From positions 2,520-66,519 of IMG/VR virus record IMGVR_UViG_651053002_000003: a DNA stretch of 64,000 nt; one strand, given 5' to 3'. Below, one piece after another: positions 30,375-40,686 of the stretch. This stretch comes from a virus. Lineage: Duplodnaviria > Caudoviricetes. Under the pieces are notes generated by a model. The model did not search any database and was not told the DNA's origin. It saw nothing but the letters and a program-made list of their open reading frames with translations. Each line of letters begins with the position of its first letter. Within the stretch, counting starts at the first letter, position 1. The translations under genes and the position numbers were made by a program.

Positions 30375-33300
30375 TTAATAAACCCCCTCCGCTTGAAAAA
30401 GAGCCGCCAGGCTGTCGTAAGAGTCTTCCAGTGATTGGGTGATAGCCTTTGAAATATCAGTTTCAACTTTTGCACTTCCGCCCTCAACTTTTACATTGAT
30501 AGACGGGCTGAATGTAATATTTACAGACGTTCCACCGCTGCTGCTTGCTGCTTTTTCTGGTGTATATCCAGTTTCAGCCCCAAGCTCTTTGCCGAGCGCA
30601 GCATACATTCCCAGTGATTGATTCCGGTAACGCGGTTCAGTCGTGATGACATATTCCCGCCAGCCGTTTTCCCCGAGTGCCGCAACCTGCGGGCTATTGA
30701 TTACGCCGCCTGTCGCATACCCTCTGTACGGCCCGCCGTGCGCCATTGATACCAAGCCGGGATGTTTCATGATGCCGCCGTATCTGCTGTTCAGATAGTT
30801 AATAGACGCTAGAATTTGATCAACCGGATTTTTAATATTTCCGTGTCCTGGTTCTTTATGGGCGTTAAAGGTGCTTGGGATGAACTGCATTAACCCCTGT
30901 GACGGGTGGCCGGCTTTTGCATTGGAATCCCAATTGTTAACAACATTGGGGTTTCCGCCGGATTCTTTCATTGCGATTGTTTCGAGTGCTCCGGCATATT
31001 TAGGGCCCAATCCTTTAATATTCAGAGCTTGAGCAACCCATTTTTTCACCGCTTTGCTTCCGCCGCCCGAGAAACTTTCAGCATAACTGGACAACTTACC
31101 CTTCACAAAGCCCACGGCCTTATCCTTGATGAATGTAAAAGCGCCTTTTGCTACATCACCAAAGGCCCCGCCCATAGTAGGCGCTGACACACCCAACTGT
31201 TTCAGAACTTTATTAAGCAGCTTTGATGGATGACCTACATAATCAAATACATCTAATGCAATATCTTTCGCCTTGCTAACAACATGTTTTACGCCTTCCA
31301 CTGCTGAGGTTGCTTTATCTTTAACCCATCCAAGCGCACCCGAAATACCACCGCCGACATTCCCCTTACTGTAAGCAGGAAGGGCCGCTAATGCAGCTCT
31401 TGTCTGTTTCGCAGAAAGAACCTCCGTTCCTTTTGGAAGGTTCATCATGGTATCCCTCGCTGGGCTCAAGCCCATTTGTCCGGATGGTGTTCGATAAAGC
31501 TCAGGGCCCGCATTTGATCCTGTGCCATCCCCAAGAATGGCCGGGCCTCCCGGATGGGAGCCTGTACCTTGTGCGTATTTTGGCACTTTGAAATGCGCCG
31601 GCTTCCATTCAGGAATTGTAGGCACACCGACCTTCTCAAGGACCCAGTTCACTCCGCCGATTACTCCGTTTACTGCATCAGCCATTTTATCGGTCATTGA
31701 GTTGCTGAGCGAGATAATTCCACTCAAAGCATGTTTTGCCATGCTCTTGATTCCGTCACCCATTTTGCCCGGTAACGCCTTGGCTCCCTCGACTATATCA
31801 GAAAATTTGTCTGTGACTTTCTTCCATAGACTGTGAGCCAGATCACCAACCTTATCTCTAATATAATGCCATCCTTTGATAATTCCATCTGCTGAATTGG
31901 ATACTAATTTTGTAACCATTCCGACCGCGCTAGAAAATATCTGTTTCACGCCGTCCCACATCATACTGAAATTCCCAGTGAAAAGACCCTTGAAGATTTT
32001 CACAATCCCCATTATTATCCCTATCGCTCCGTTGATAATGGCAATGATGTTAGTAAGGGCAGTCTGCACAATAATAAGCACTACTGGAAAAACTGCATTT
32101 ATGATGTTCAGGATAAAACGAATTGCTGGAATTACAACAGTGGTGATGATATTTGCCAAGGCTTGCAGTAGTGAAACGACAATAGGTAGCACCATCTGAA
32201 TGATCTGCACAATTTGCGGAAAGACCTGCTGGACTACCTGAATTAAAATTGGTAAAGCCGCCTGCGCAAGCTGCAAAATAATATTTGCTGCTAAAGTAAG
32301 AAGCTGGGCGACAACCGGGAGGACCGCCAGAATGACCTGCCCTATGATCGGAAACACCTGCTGCACCGCCGTTAAAATCAACGGCAAAATTTGAATGGCA
32401 ATTTGTCCGATCGTTGATCCGAGTAATTGAATCAGTTGAACCACAATCGGCAGAGCCTGCTGAATGATATTCATAATCAAAGGAAAGACCATCTGAATTG
32501 TCTGAACCAGGATAGGCAGAACAGTCTGGATGATCGTAACGATAACCCCTGAAAAACTGCTGACTAATTGAATGATGATAGGTAAGACCGCATTTATCAC
32601 GCTGAGAATAACCGGAAAAACAGTCTGAAATCCTTGAACAAGTAACGGCAAAATCGAACTGACAATTTGCAATACACTCGTCATTAATTGCCCTGATACC
32701 TGCATCCATGCAGTTAATAGCTGCTGGATCAATGGAATCAATTGTGGGCCAATCGTTGAAAGTGTTTGTGAAACGGCTGCGGCTAAAAGAACCAGATTTC
32801 CTGCAAGCTGAATGAACGTCTGTTGCATTTGGCCGGCTAATTGCTGAAATTGCGGTGTCAGTTGTGCTACCAGTTGACCGAAAACCTGTTGTACTGTCGT
32901 GATAATCGGCTGAATGGCCGTGAATACCGTTGTCAGCACAGATTGAACAGTCGTCCACGCCGAATGAATTGCACTGCTGACCACTTGGTTTGCATCTTTC
33001 AGACGATACAAATATCCCGCAAAACTGAGGATCGCCCCAATTGCTATTCCTATCGGTCCGGATACTCCCAAGAAAGAAAGACCAATCGACGCAATAATAG
33101 GAGCAATTATTGACACAATCCCTTGAAAGCTTGATAAACCGATCTTGAGTTGATTTATGAAGCCTTTAAAAAAGCTGTTCAACCCTTCGGTTAATCCCTT
33201 TCCGAAAAAGTCAGTCACTCGTTTTCCTGCATTCTGAACAAATGAGGAAACAGTATCAACAGCCGTTTTGTAAGCAGCCTCAATTCCGGCGACTAAATGA

Positions 33301-35030
33301 GGGTGTGACTCGCCCAACCGATCCCATAATTTTAAAGATTCGGCTTGCATCTTATGAATTGCGGATACAGCAACCTTTTGTGAATCCTCGAATCCTTTCA
33401 TAAATGCAGGTTTAAGCCCCTGCACCTCTTTAATCATGGTATGGAAGGCACTGACTACCGCAGTTTTTCCGGTATCCGCAAAGCGCTTCATGGCATCTGT
33501 AGCCGGTTTGAATCGCTCTTGAAGCTTGTCAAAATTCTTGTAAAGCATATAAACGCCTGTTACAAGCAAGACAATTGAGCCTGCGACTACATAGACTGTT
33601 CCGGACATGGCAGCAAGCCCCGTTACTACCGGGCCAATGAACATCCAAAGACTGCTCAGAGCCCCGAGAAACCCATTAAATAACCCCACTCCTATTGCCA
33701 AAGGCGATAAAAGCAGGGTTAAAACAGGGATGAGCAATAAAAATCCTTGGATCATTTTCGCCACCACTGGATGAGCTTTATTGAACTGAATGATCATCTT
33801 TCCGATTGCGGTAACGCCTTTATAAATTGACATGGCCACGGTTCCGAATACTTCAAGGGCTGGCTGAATTGCTTTTAAAAGAGTGCTGCACATCTGTTCC
33901 CAAGCCTTTGAATAACCGGGAACGGTCTGTGTGGCTGCCTTATGCAACCCTTGGAATAGGAAAAAGTTTGTGAAGGCCGCGCCAAGCGCTACCATCTGAA
34001 AACGCATATACCCCTGTGTTATCATGGCTGTCATATCTTGAAGCTGTTTCATATTTGCGGTAGGCCCGAGCATCTTCAAGGCCAAATGTGCCGCAGTTCC
34101 CTGCTTCGCCATATTTTCAAGGGTATTTGAGACGGCAAGCCCCGCTTTGTTGACTTGGTATAACGGGTTCGCCATCCTGTCATAATTGGCAGCGATCTTT
34201 TCCGATTGGGTTGACATTGCCATAATCGTTCCGATGGACTGCAACATGCTCATGCGCATCATTTTATTATTCTTGATCATGTTGTCAGTAACCGCTTTAT
34301 GCTCCCGGCCTAGCCTGTACACTTCATCCATGAACTGTTCATTTGTCCCGGTCCAGTTGTCCATTTCTTGGCCTAACTGAAAGAAGCCATATCTTGCCCG
34401 TATCAGCTCATTACGGAAACCGTTCATTCCGTATCTTTCCTCATTCCAAGCCCGTCGCATTTCATTAACCATTTGAATTGTATCCGCTTCAAGTCCGCGT
34501 GTTGAGCCGCGCAAAAAGTCCATTTCCCGCCCATAATAACGCATACCCCTGTAATCAGGTGCAGGCATGTCCGCCGCGCTTTGTGATGATCCCCCGTTAA
34601 CCCGGCGCATGTCCACATTATGCAAATTGTTTCGCAGCCTATCAACTTGATCATTTGCATTGTTCAATGATGATTGGTCAACGTCGATGCTCACGCGTGA
34701 CGGTATATTTTGCACTAATCTGTTCGTTTGTTGAATGGTCCGGTTTAGGCTTTCCACATGAGACGTCATAAGGTCAAATGCGGGGCCGAGATTCTCAATT
34801 GTCCGCGCAGCAGTTTGTAAAGAAGAACTGTCCAGAATCATACTCATGTTCCTGAATCTTCGCTGCTCCCTGTGCATATTGGACATTTGCGTTCGCATTT
34901 GAGAAAAATGGCCGGCCGCATTATCTGTATGTTCAACAAGTCTATCAATCTGACGATTCGCTCGTTCAAGAGGGGAGGTGTCAACGTTTAATTCCACATC
35001 AATATGCGTGCTCCGCAAAGCATCTGTCAA
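30375..35030 (-). CDS. Tape measure protein with lytic transglycosylase domain
   Basis: 1551 aa, periodic QQVFP-type repeats; ESGGNP...GLMQF SLT motif. Confidence 0.92.
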   Translation of the reverse strand: MTDALRSTHIDVELNVDTSPLERANRQIDRLVEHTDNAAGHFSQMRTQMSNMHREQRRFRNMSMILDSSSLQTAARTIENLGPAFDLMTSHVESLNRTIQQTNRLVQNIPSRVSIDVDQSSLNNANDQVDRLRNNLHNVDMRRVNGGSSQSAADMPAPDYRGMRYYGREMDFLRGSTRGLEADTIQMVNEMRRAWNEERYGMNGFRNELIRARYGFFQLGQEMDNWTGTNEQFMDEVYRLGREHKAVTDNMIKNNKMMRMSMLQSIGTIMAMSTQSEKIAANYDRMANPLYQVNKAGLAVSNTLENMAKQGTAAHLALKMLGPTANMKQLQDMTAMITQGYMRFQMVALGAAFTNFFLFQGLHKAATQTVPGYSKAWEQMCSTLLKAIQPALEVFGTVAMSIYKGVTAIGKMIIQFNKAHPVVAKMIQGFLLLIPVLTLLLSPLAIGVGLFNGFLGALSSLWMFIGPVVTGLAAMSGTVYVVAGSIVLLVTGVYMLYKNFDKLQERFKPATDAMKRFADTGKTAVVSAFHTMIKEVQGLKPAFMKGFEDSQKVAVSAIHKMQAESLKLWDRLGESHPHLVAGIEAAYKTAVDTVSSFVQNAGKRVTDFFGKGLTEGLNSFFKGFINQLKIGLSSFQGIVSIIAPIIASIGLSFLGVSGPIGIAIGAILSFAGYLYRLKDANQVVSSAIHSAWTTVQSVLTTVFTAIQPIITTVQQVFGQLVAQLTPQFQQLAGQMQQTFIQLAGNLVLLAAAVSQTLSTIGPQLIPLIQQLLTAWMQVSGQLMTSVLQIVSSILPLLVQGFQTVFPVILSVINAVLPIIIQLVSSFSGVIVTIIQTVLPILVQTIQMVFPLIMNIIQQALPIVVQLIQLLGSTIGQIAIQILPLILTAVQQVFPIIGQVILAVLPVVAQLLTLAANIILQLAQAALPILIQVVQQVFPQIVQIIQMVLPIVVSLLQALANIITTVVIPAIRFILNIINAVFPVVLIIVQTALTNIIAIINGAIGIIMGIVKIFKGLFTGNFSMMWDGVKQIFSSAVGMVTKLVSNSADGIIKGWHYIRDKVGDLAHSLWKKVTDKFSDIVEGAKALPGKMGDGIKSMAKHALSGIISLSNSMTDKMADAVNGVIGGVNWVLEKVGVPTIPEWKPAHFKVPKYAQGTGSHPGGPAILGDGTGSNAGPELYRTPSGQMGLSPARDTMMNLPKGTEVLSAKQTRAALAALPAYSKGNVGGGISGALGWVKDKATSAVEGVKHVVSKAKDIALDVFDYVGHPSKLLNKVLKQLGVSAPTMGGAFGDVAKGAFTFIKDKAVGFVKGKLSSYAESFSGGGSKAVKKWVAQALNIKGLGPKYAGALETIAMKESGGNPNVVNNWDSNAKAGHPSQGLMQFIPSTFNAHKEPGHGNIKNPVDQILASINYLNSRYGGIMKHPGLVSMAHGGPYRGYATGGVINSPQVAALGENGWREYVITTEPRYRNQSLGMYAALGKELGAETGYTPEKAASSSGGTSVNITFSPSINVKVEGGSAKVETDISKAITQSLEDSYDSLAALFQAEGVY

Positions 35031-35043
35031 CGTTTAACCCCCC

Positions 35044-35246
35044 TTATTTCTTTTTGTTTCGTTTGTTTTCTTCGGCCAGGTGAATGTCCAAAGCCGCATT
35101 GGCTTCGAGTAACGTATCAAGGTCCATAGCTGCAACCTCCGTGAAAGAAAACTTCTCAGACATCACAAGCCGATACATAGGCCAGTTGTCACTCGCCCTC
35201 TTTTTGTAAAACTGCTTTGGTTTCGACGGTTTCATCGCTAAGAAAG
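35044..35246 (-). CDS. Tail assembly chaperone C-terminal extension (frameshift product)
   Basis: Overlaps the chaperone 3' end in the +1 frame, directly before the tape measure gene. Confidence 0.6.
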
Positions 35247-35488
35247 GTAGAAACCTCATACATTAATTCATTGAATCCAGCATGTTCATCGAAATATTCG
35301 AAGTTTACTTTTGGATTTACCACAACTTCTTTCATGTACAGCTCATACAATTGTGAAGAAGTTGGGCGGCCTGTGTTAATGTTAATTGCTTCATCTTGAA
35401 TTTCTACCATCCGTCTTGTTCCTGGGTGCTGAAGAGTGTACTCGATTCCTTGGATTTTAACTGTTTTTTGTTTACCGAATTTTGACAT
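35189..35488 (-). CDS. Tail assembly chaperone
   Basis: GGAGG RBS; between tube and tape measure genes. Confidence 0.75.
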   Translation of the reverse strand: MSKFGKQKTVKIQGIEYTLQHPGTRRMVEIQDEAININTGRPTSSQLYELYMKEVVVNPKVNFEYFDEHAGFNELMYEVSTFLSDETVETKAVLQKEGE

Positions 35489-35588
35489 AGGTTTTCCCTC
35501 CGATTGTTTGGTTTGCATATATTGAAAAGCAGCCCGAGTGGACTGCTTTTTTGCATTTGATTTTTTTCTTTTCGACATGATTAATACC

Positions 35589-35984
35589 TTACTGCTCTAA
35601 AACTGTATAATCGAAAACTTGAATTTCAAATTCACGATCCCCGATTTCGTCACTGAATTCTGCATCAGCAGGCTTTTTCACCATGGCTTCAGTGCCGCCG
35701 ATTTTCTCTTGTCCGCCAGTAACCCAGATCGGAAAGGTTTTGGCCGTGTTTGCCAATCCATTTAAATAAGGCACAAACGGCGAACCCATGGAAAGAGTAA
35801 GCGTAATTGTGCCTAACGGATTGTTTTTTGTTGCAACGCTCACATCACCTTTAGCGCTGACTTTTGTTGAAAACTTTTCTTCGTCTTTAGCACACGAAAC
35901 CATGGTACCCTCTGAATAACCAGTAACGATTTTCCCGTCTATATTCGTGTTGACCTCGTTCGCATCGTAAACATAAGCAGCCAT
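35589..35984 (-). CDS. Tail tube protein
   Basis: 131 aa, follows sheath; GTITLTL motif. Confidence 0.8.
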   Translation of the reverse strand: MAAYVYDANEVNTNIDGKIVTGYSEGTMVSCAKDEEKFSTKVSAKGDVSVATKNNPLGTITLTLSMGSPFVPYLNGLANTAKTFPIWVTGGQEKIGGTEAMVKKPADAEFSDEIGDREFEIQVFDYTVLEQ

Positions 35985-36000
35985 TGACTATTCTCCCCCT

Positions 36001-37035
36001 TTAGATTGAAATTTCGCCTGTAATTGAGGCGGAATGAACCGCGCCGGCTAATTCGAACGTGAAAGAAAGGCCGTCATACACGCGATTTTTTCTGTTCTCG
36101 TCTGATACTTCAGAGCGTTTTTTTGTGCTGATGGTGTAAACGGGCAAACCATCTTCATCAGAAGCGACAATCCCATTTGAAAAGGCTTTTTGAAGTACAT
36201 TCGTAACCTGAACACTCAACAATGAAAAACCGGCATTCGAGAACGGGATTTTACCGTTATTTGAGAATGCCGATTGAATGGATGTTTCAATATTTAATTT
36301 CACCCAGTCCTTGCCGTGCAGGACGTCAATGTACTCACCTGAAGCAGTAATGCCCTCTGACGTCTCGCTGTGGCCTGCTTTGGTCACATAAGCGATAGCT
36401 CCCTCTTTGTGGAGCTTTTGCAGCTCGTCCGCTTTCAGGTCTTGCGGGGTGACTCCCACAATGTTTTTGAACTTCCAAGTAACTGAACCCACTGTCAAGG
36501 AGCCGACGGCACCAACCAGTCCGGCGTCTGGATGCTCGCTTGTTATCGGGTGATAAAAAACGATTGTCCGGTCCTTCCCGGTATAGGAAGTGACTTCTTC
36601 CCGATCTGTTACTTGCAGAACAAGGAATTTGTATGATTTTTCTTCCATCGCTTTTGCTGCTTCCAGCTTCTCGTCTGCCGTCGCATCAGCAAGAATGAGG
36701 AAGTGCCAATCATTATCAAAATACTCGTCAAAAGCATTCCGAATCGTAAATGTGGCAGCTGCTCCCGCTCCGTCGCTTTCCCCGTTTTCCGGGTTACCTC
36801 CGTAAGTACCGATGGCTACTTTTGATGGAGCATTGTCGCCCTGTGCATAAATAGCAGCAGCCTTTTTATATGCGGGTGTTCCTTCTGGGTAATCCGCTTT
36901 GACAGCTTCTATTGAGCCATATTCTTTATAGGTGTTGTGTCCGGCAACCTTCGCAAGAATTAGGGGTGTTCCTAACCCTTTAAGATTCGACGGTTTCACT
37001 AGGTCGATTTTGACCGTTACATCACTAAGTGGCAT
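36001..37035 (-). CDS. Tail sheath protein
   Basis: GSVTWKFK, GEYIDVLHGKDW, LAGAVHS. Confidence 0.85.
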   Translation of the reverse strand: MPLSDVTVKIDLVKPSNLKGLGTPLILAKVAGHNTYKEYGSIEAVKADYPEGTPAYKKAAAIYAQGDNAPSKVAIGTYGGNPENGESDGAGAAATFTIRNAFDEYFDNDWHFLILADATADEKLEAAKAMEEKSYKFLVLQVTDREEVTSYTGKDRTIVFYHPITSEHPDAGLVGAVGSLTVGSVTWKFKNIVGVTPQDLKADELQKLHKEGAIAYVTKAGHSETSEGITASGEYIDVLHGKDWVKLNIETSIQSAFSNNGKIPFSNAGFSLLSVQVTNVLQKAFSNGIVASDEDGLPVYTISTKKRSEVSDENRKNRVYDGLSFTFELAGAVHSASITGEISI

Positions 37036-37039
37036 GTGT

Positions 37040-37510
37040 TTAACCTCCTATGGTTTCTATTTGCGCGGAATCAAAAAACTCCGCTTGTGTCTCGCCATAA
37101 GCCGCTCGCGTTCTAAGACGCATATCAAAGCCGTGACGGCGTTCTGTGTCTATCGTGATAAATGTATCCCGATTACCGAAACCGTCGTTTCTCACCCACG
37201 CCAAGCCGTTGTCATGAAGCGTCTGGCGCGCGTCAGCAGTTTTGAAGTAAGAGGCTGTTTCTTGAGCAAGAGAAATGACTTCAATGTGACTATTTGAAAT
37301 CCATGTAAAAGAAAAAACCAGCTCAATGTCTTCCGTTAACACTCCTTGTTCCTCAACACCCCTGTGTTGCGGCAAATACGGAGAAGTAACGGTATACGTG
37401 CAAAAAGGGTATTCAGGCTGTTTACCTGTCCCGTTTGCTTCGATAACGACATGGCCGGTTTTCTCTTTAATCATTCTGAGAACCGTTCTGATTATGCTGT
37501 TGTAATCCAT
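37040..37510 (-). CDS. Tail terminator / neck protein
   Basis: Synteny upstream of sheath. Confidence 0.65.
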   Translation of the reverse strand: MDYNSIIRTVLRMIKEKTGHVVIEANGTGKQPEYPFCTYTVTSPYLPQHRGVEEQGVLTEDIELVFSFTWISNSHIEVISLAQETASYFKTADARQTLHDNGLAWVRNDGFGNRDTFITIDTERRHGFDMRLRTRAAYGETQAEFFDSAQIETIGG

Positions 37511-37856
37511 CTGAATTGCTCACCGCCTTTAAGATATAGGAATTGAAATCGGCGTATGTCCCGTATGGCGTCATTGCTTCCACCAAAAAGGTTACTCCAT
37601 CAAAAACCACTTGAGCCTTGAAAGGGATTTTCTTCTGGAAGTACAGTTGCCTGTCCATCTGCGTAAGCCGTCCGCCAGATTGATAAATTAATTGCGCCTG
37701 TAATGGGACAATAGCGCCTTTTTCTTCCGATTCCACCGGCTTGCCCTCTACCCATTTTCCGAGATCGTCATAAAACCCCTCAGACGCCGGGAGCAACAAT
37801 GTAAAATCAACGCTGTATTTCTCAATCAGATCACCGAACTGAAAGTGATTTTTCAT
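37467..37856 (-). CDS. Head closure / adaptor protein
   Basis: Synteny. Confidence 0.6.
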   Translation of the reverse strand: MKNHFQFGDLIEKYSVDFTLLLPASEGFYDDLGKWVEGKPVESEEKGAIVPLQAQLIYQSGGRLTQMDRQLYFQKKIPFKAQVVFDGVTFLVEAMTPYGTYADFNSYILKAVSNSDGLQQHNQNGSQND

Positions 37857-38359
37857 TAGCTTTCAACCTCGTAATCCATAGAACCGATCATTTCCCCGGT
37901 ATCTACTAACGGATTTGAAGAGCCTTTTCCCTCCGTTGTAAAAGGATGATTGGCAGGGCTCCGTAAGTCTCTTGCATACGTCTGCAGCCGGCCCTTTGCC
38001 AACAATCCGACCGCGTTCATGATGTCATTAATAGAATCGCCGTTCTCTATGGCTCTGTTGACCAGTTCCTCTACCTTTTGTACAATCTCGGCTTCATTTT
38101 CATCCCAACCAGCCCTTAAGAATGACCGTTCAGGGATATTAATAAACTGTGTATCCTTCTTGAGATAAAGACCTTTGGCAGCAAGATAATTCCGCATGCG
38201 ATCAGTTACAGCAATACGGCAGCCGAATTCATGAACAGCCGCGATCATTTGGCGGTCGCCGTCCAGAACACCGACTTTCATTTTCCCTTTTGACTCAAGG
38301 TTCCTCAGTAATTCCGGTATACGGTTTGTATCCCGCACCCGGATATTTCGGCGCCCCAT
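37856..38359 (-). CDS. Neck / tail completion protein
   Basis: HEFG, IPERSFLR, KGSSNPLVDTG. Confidence 0.75.
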   Translation of the reverse strand: MGRRNIRVRDTNRIPELLRNLESKGKMKVGVLDGDRQMIAAVHEFGCRIAVTDRMRNYLAAKGLYLKKDTQFINIPERSFLRAGWDENEAEIVQKVEELVNRAIENGDSINDIMNAVGLLAKGRLQTYARDLRSPANHPFTTEGKGSSNPLVDTGEMIGSMDYEVES

Positions 38360-38363
38360 CTGA

Positions 38364-38699
38364 TCACCTCAATGGTTTAAAACGAATTTTTTTGTATGGC
38401 CGGAAAAGATCAAACGCGGGTTTATACCTTACGTCATCCGCCGTGTATGTCTTGCTCATTCCGCCAATTGATTCAGCTTGGACGCCTTTCGGGCTATCCC
38501 GGTCTATTTCAATCATGAGGGCAATTCCTTTTTTCACGGGGCCCGGTAATAATTCAACTCCATCCGGCCCCACAAAAGAGTTATTGCAATCCTCCTTAAC
38601 AAAAGAAATTGCGTCTTCAAGGTCAATTTGTAGCTTTGCATCCTGCGAGGTGTCATCCTCGGGGATTCCCAATCGTATTTTTAATTCTGACAGGTCCAT
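38364..38699 (-). CDS. Head-tail connector protein
   Basis: GVQAESIGGMSKTY. Confidence 0.75.
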   Translation of the reverse strand: MDLSELKIRLGIPEDDTSQDAKLQIDLEDAISFVKEDCNNSFVGPDGVELLPGPVKKGIALMIEIDRDSPKGVQAESIGGMSKTYTADDVRYKPAFDLFRPYKKIRFKPLR

Positions 38700-38713
38700 T
38701 TCTCTCAGCCCTT

Positions 38714-39583
38714 TCAAAGCACGGGTTCATATGTCGCGAAGCACCTGCAATTTATATCATTTGAAGGATCTCCGCTTTGTCCCGGTGCCGGCGCCCTCAC
38801 AGACTTGCCGTTTTTATCTTGACCGAGATCAAACAGCTCATTTACAAACCTGGCCTGGCCTTCTAAATGAACATGATCCGCGTTTCTTCCCTCACGAACC
38901 CGCTCGTCACCCATGTTGTGCCATATCTTTTTCATGGCAATACCATTGGAATCAGCTTTCGTAGCTGCGTCCAGTGTAGCTTTCTCCCGCACTCGATGCA
39001 TTTCTGTTCTGACAATGCGCTGCGCGCGGTTATAACTGACACCCACATCAGCTTGCAGTTCCTTCGCTACCTGAACAAAGCGTTTCCGCTCAATAAAGCC
39101 GCGTTCAATCGTATGATTGATCTTCTGAACTGTCTTTTTACGGTCCGTTTCGATTGCTTTGAGCATATTTTCACTTGTGATAGTCTGCGAGATTGACGCG
39201 GGCGCCGCCCATGCGACAGGCAATTTCCCTTTCGATGAACGGGACAATTTAAAGCCGACGGCCGATAAGATACCAAGCATGAGCCAGTTATACGATGACT
39301 CATAGGTTTCAGTCAGAAAATCAAGAACAGCCGTTTTAACCTTTGCAGAAAGGGCAGTAATCAATGATGCTATATCCTTCTTAATCTGAGAAAGATCATT
39401 ACTCCGATTCGCGTCAGCAAGGCTGATTTCGCGCCCTTTATCAAGCTTGACAAACAGGGCAGTCAACTTGGAAAGTATTTTTTCGGAAGTACCACGAAAA
39501 AGCCGCTTCAGCTTCCGTAAAAACTCCTGCATCTTACGGGTTAACGGCTTCAAAAGCTCTTTTTCAGTTTGTTCTTTATCCAC
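38714..39583 (-). CDS. Head morphogenesis / minor capsid protein (SPP1 gp7-like)
   Basis: RAQRIVRTE, DERVR...H, INCRC. Confidence 0.85.
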   Translation of the reverse strand: MDKEQTEKELLKPLTRKMQEFLRKLKRLFRGTSEKILSKLTALFVKLDKGREISLADANRSNDLSQIKKDIASLITALSAKVKTAVLDFLTETYESSYNWLMLGILSAVGFKLSRSSKGKLPVAWAAPASISQTITSENMLKAIETDRKKTVQKINHTIERGFIERKRFVQVAKELQADVGVSYNRAQRIVRTEMHRVREKATLDAATKADSNGIAMKKIWHNMGDERVREGRNADHVHLEGQARFVNELFDLGQDKNGKSVRAPAPGQSGDPSNDINCRCFATYEPVL

Positions 39584-39594
39584 CGCTATCCCTC

Positions 39595-39798
39595 CTATTC
39601 GTCAGATGCTTTTTCACCAGCGTCAGCAGATTCTTGATTCTCTTCATCTGTTGTTTTGTCCGCTGCCTTTTTGCTGTTTTTTTCAGCTTTTTTAATGGGC
39701 GACTGTACTTTTTTGTATCTGTCCTCTTTCAAAAGCTTATTACCGTGTTCATCCTCAACAAACCAAGTTGAACCGGTATCAGTATTTTGAATCCACAT
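39595..39798 (-). CDS. Small head-associated hypothetical protein
   Basis: 67 aa ORF after the capsid gene. Confidence 0.55.
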   Translation of the reverse strand: MWIQNTDTGSTWFVEDEHGNKLLKEDRYKKVQSPIKKAEKNSKKAADKTTDEENQESADAGEKASDE

Positions 39799-39811
39799 AA
39801 AAAAGCCCCTC

Positions 39812-40672
39812 CTATTGTGGACGGGCTGCGCTTAATACCGCGAGCGCTTCCGGTCTTGTTACTTTGGCGCCGTACAAGTGAAGCCCTTTTACTGCATCAG
39901 CAAAACGTTTCTCAGGGCGATACGCCTCGACTTGGGTTGCTTGGTCTGCATAAGACCACGCCATGCCATGACCAGCAATAATCTTATGATTTTCTGTGCC
40001 ACCCTCTGGTTTAGATAGTGGAGCATTGTTTGATTTTAATACCGTGAATCCGGCCGCTTGTCCGATAACACCATTTAAAAGGCGTTGTTCTGAAGACATG
40101 TTCCCAGCCTTTACAAAACGGTCATCTTTTAGCATTAATCCTTCATACCAAGGCGTTACAACTACCCAGCGTCCCTGTTCCGGCACGTCTGCTTCATCCA
40201 ATTTCACCGAAAGATCAACCAGATATTCGTACGCGTCGTTTTTTGTTGGTGAAACAACTTTTGTATCGCTGCCGATCGTATGAGCTGCATCCACATAATG
40301 AGAAGCAATATATGAATCAGCAGTATTTTTCAGAGCGTATGCTGCCTCTTGCATAGCCGCGTCCATCAACTTTGGATTTTGTTGAATTTTATCAACGTCA
40401 TCAATCTGAAAGTTGAAATATTTTGACTGGTCAATGAGAAGCTTACGGCTTGTAGAATCAAGTGTTTGCGCGTTATCCATGTCTTGATTTTTAGTGTAGT
40501 CGCCCACACTAACGCGCCCCATATTGTTGATTGTCACAGAGTCACCAGCAGCAGTGATTTCTCCCTCGTAATCTCTGTTAATGACTCCCGTTTGACCATA
40601 AACCAAAGTTCTTTGTAAATTGCTCAGCAGTCTTGCACTCCATAATACCGGAATAAAATTATCTAATGCCAT
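39812..40672 (-). CDS. Major capsid protein
   Basis: FIPVLWSARLL, NRDYEGEI, GLHLYGAKV. Confidence 0.88.
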   Translation of the reverse strand: MALDNFIPVLWSARLLSNLQRTLVYGQTGVINRDYEGEITAAGDSVTINNMGRVSVGDYTKNQDMDNAQTLDSTSRKLLIDQSKYFNFQIDDVDKIQQNPKLMDAAMQEAAYALKNTADSYIASHYVDAAHTIGSDTKVVSPTKNDAYEYLVDLSVKLDEADVPEQGRWVVVTPWYEGLMLKDDRFVKAGNMSSEQRLLNGVIGQAAGFTVLKSNNAPLSKPEGGTENHKIIAGHGMAWSYADQATQVEAYRPEKRFADAVKGLHLYGAKVTRPEALAVLSAARPQ

Positions 40673-40686
40673 GTGTTTTTATCCTC

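Noticed and set aside
32050-32958. 302 aa Cys/Ser-rich ORF
   Set aside because: Alternative frame within the repetitive tape measure gene
38290-38964. 224 aa plus-strand ORF
   Set aside because: Antisense to head genes, no recognisable motif
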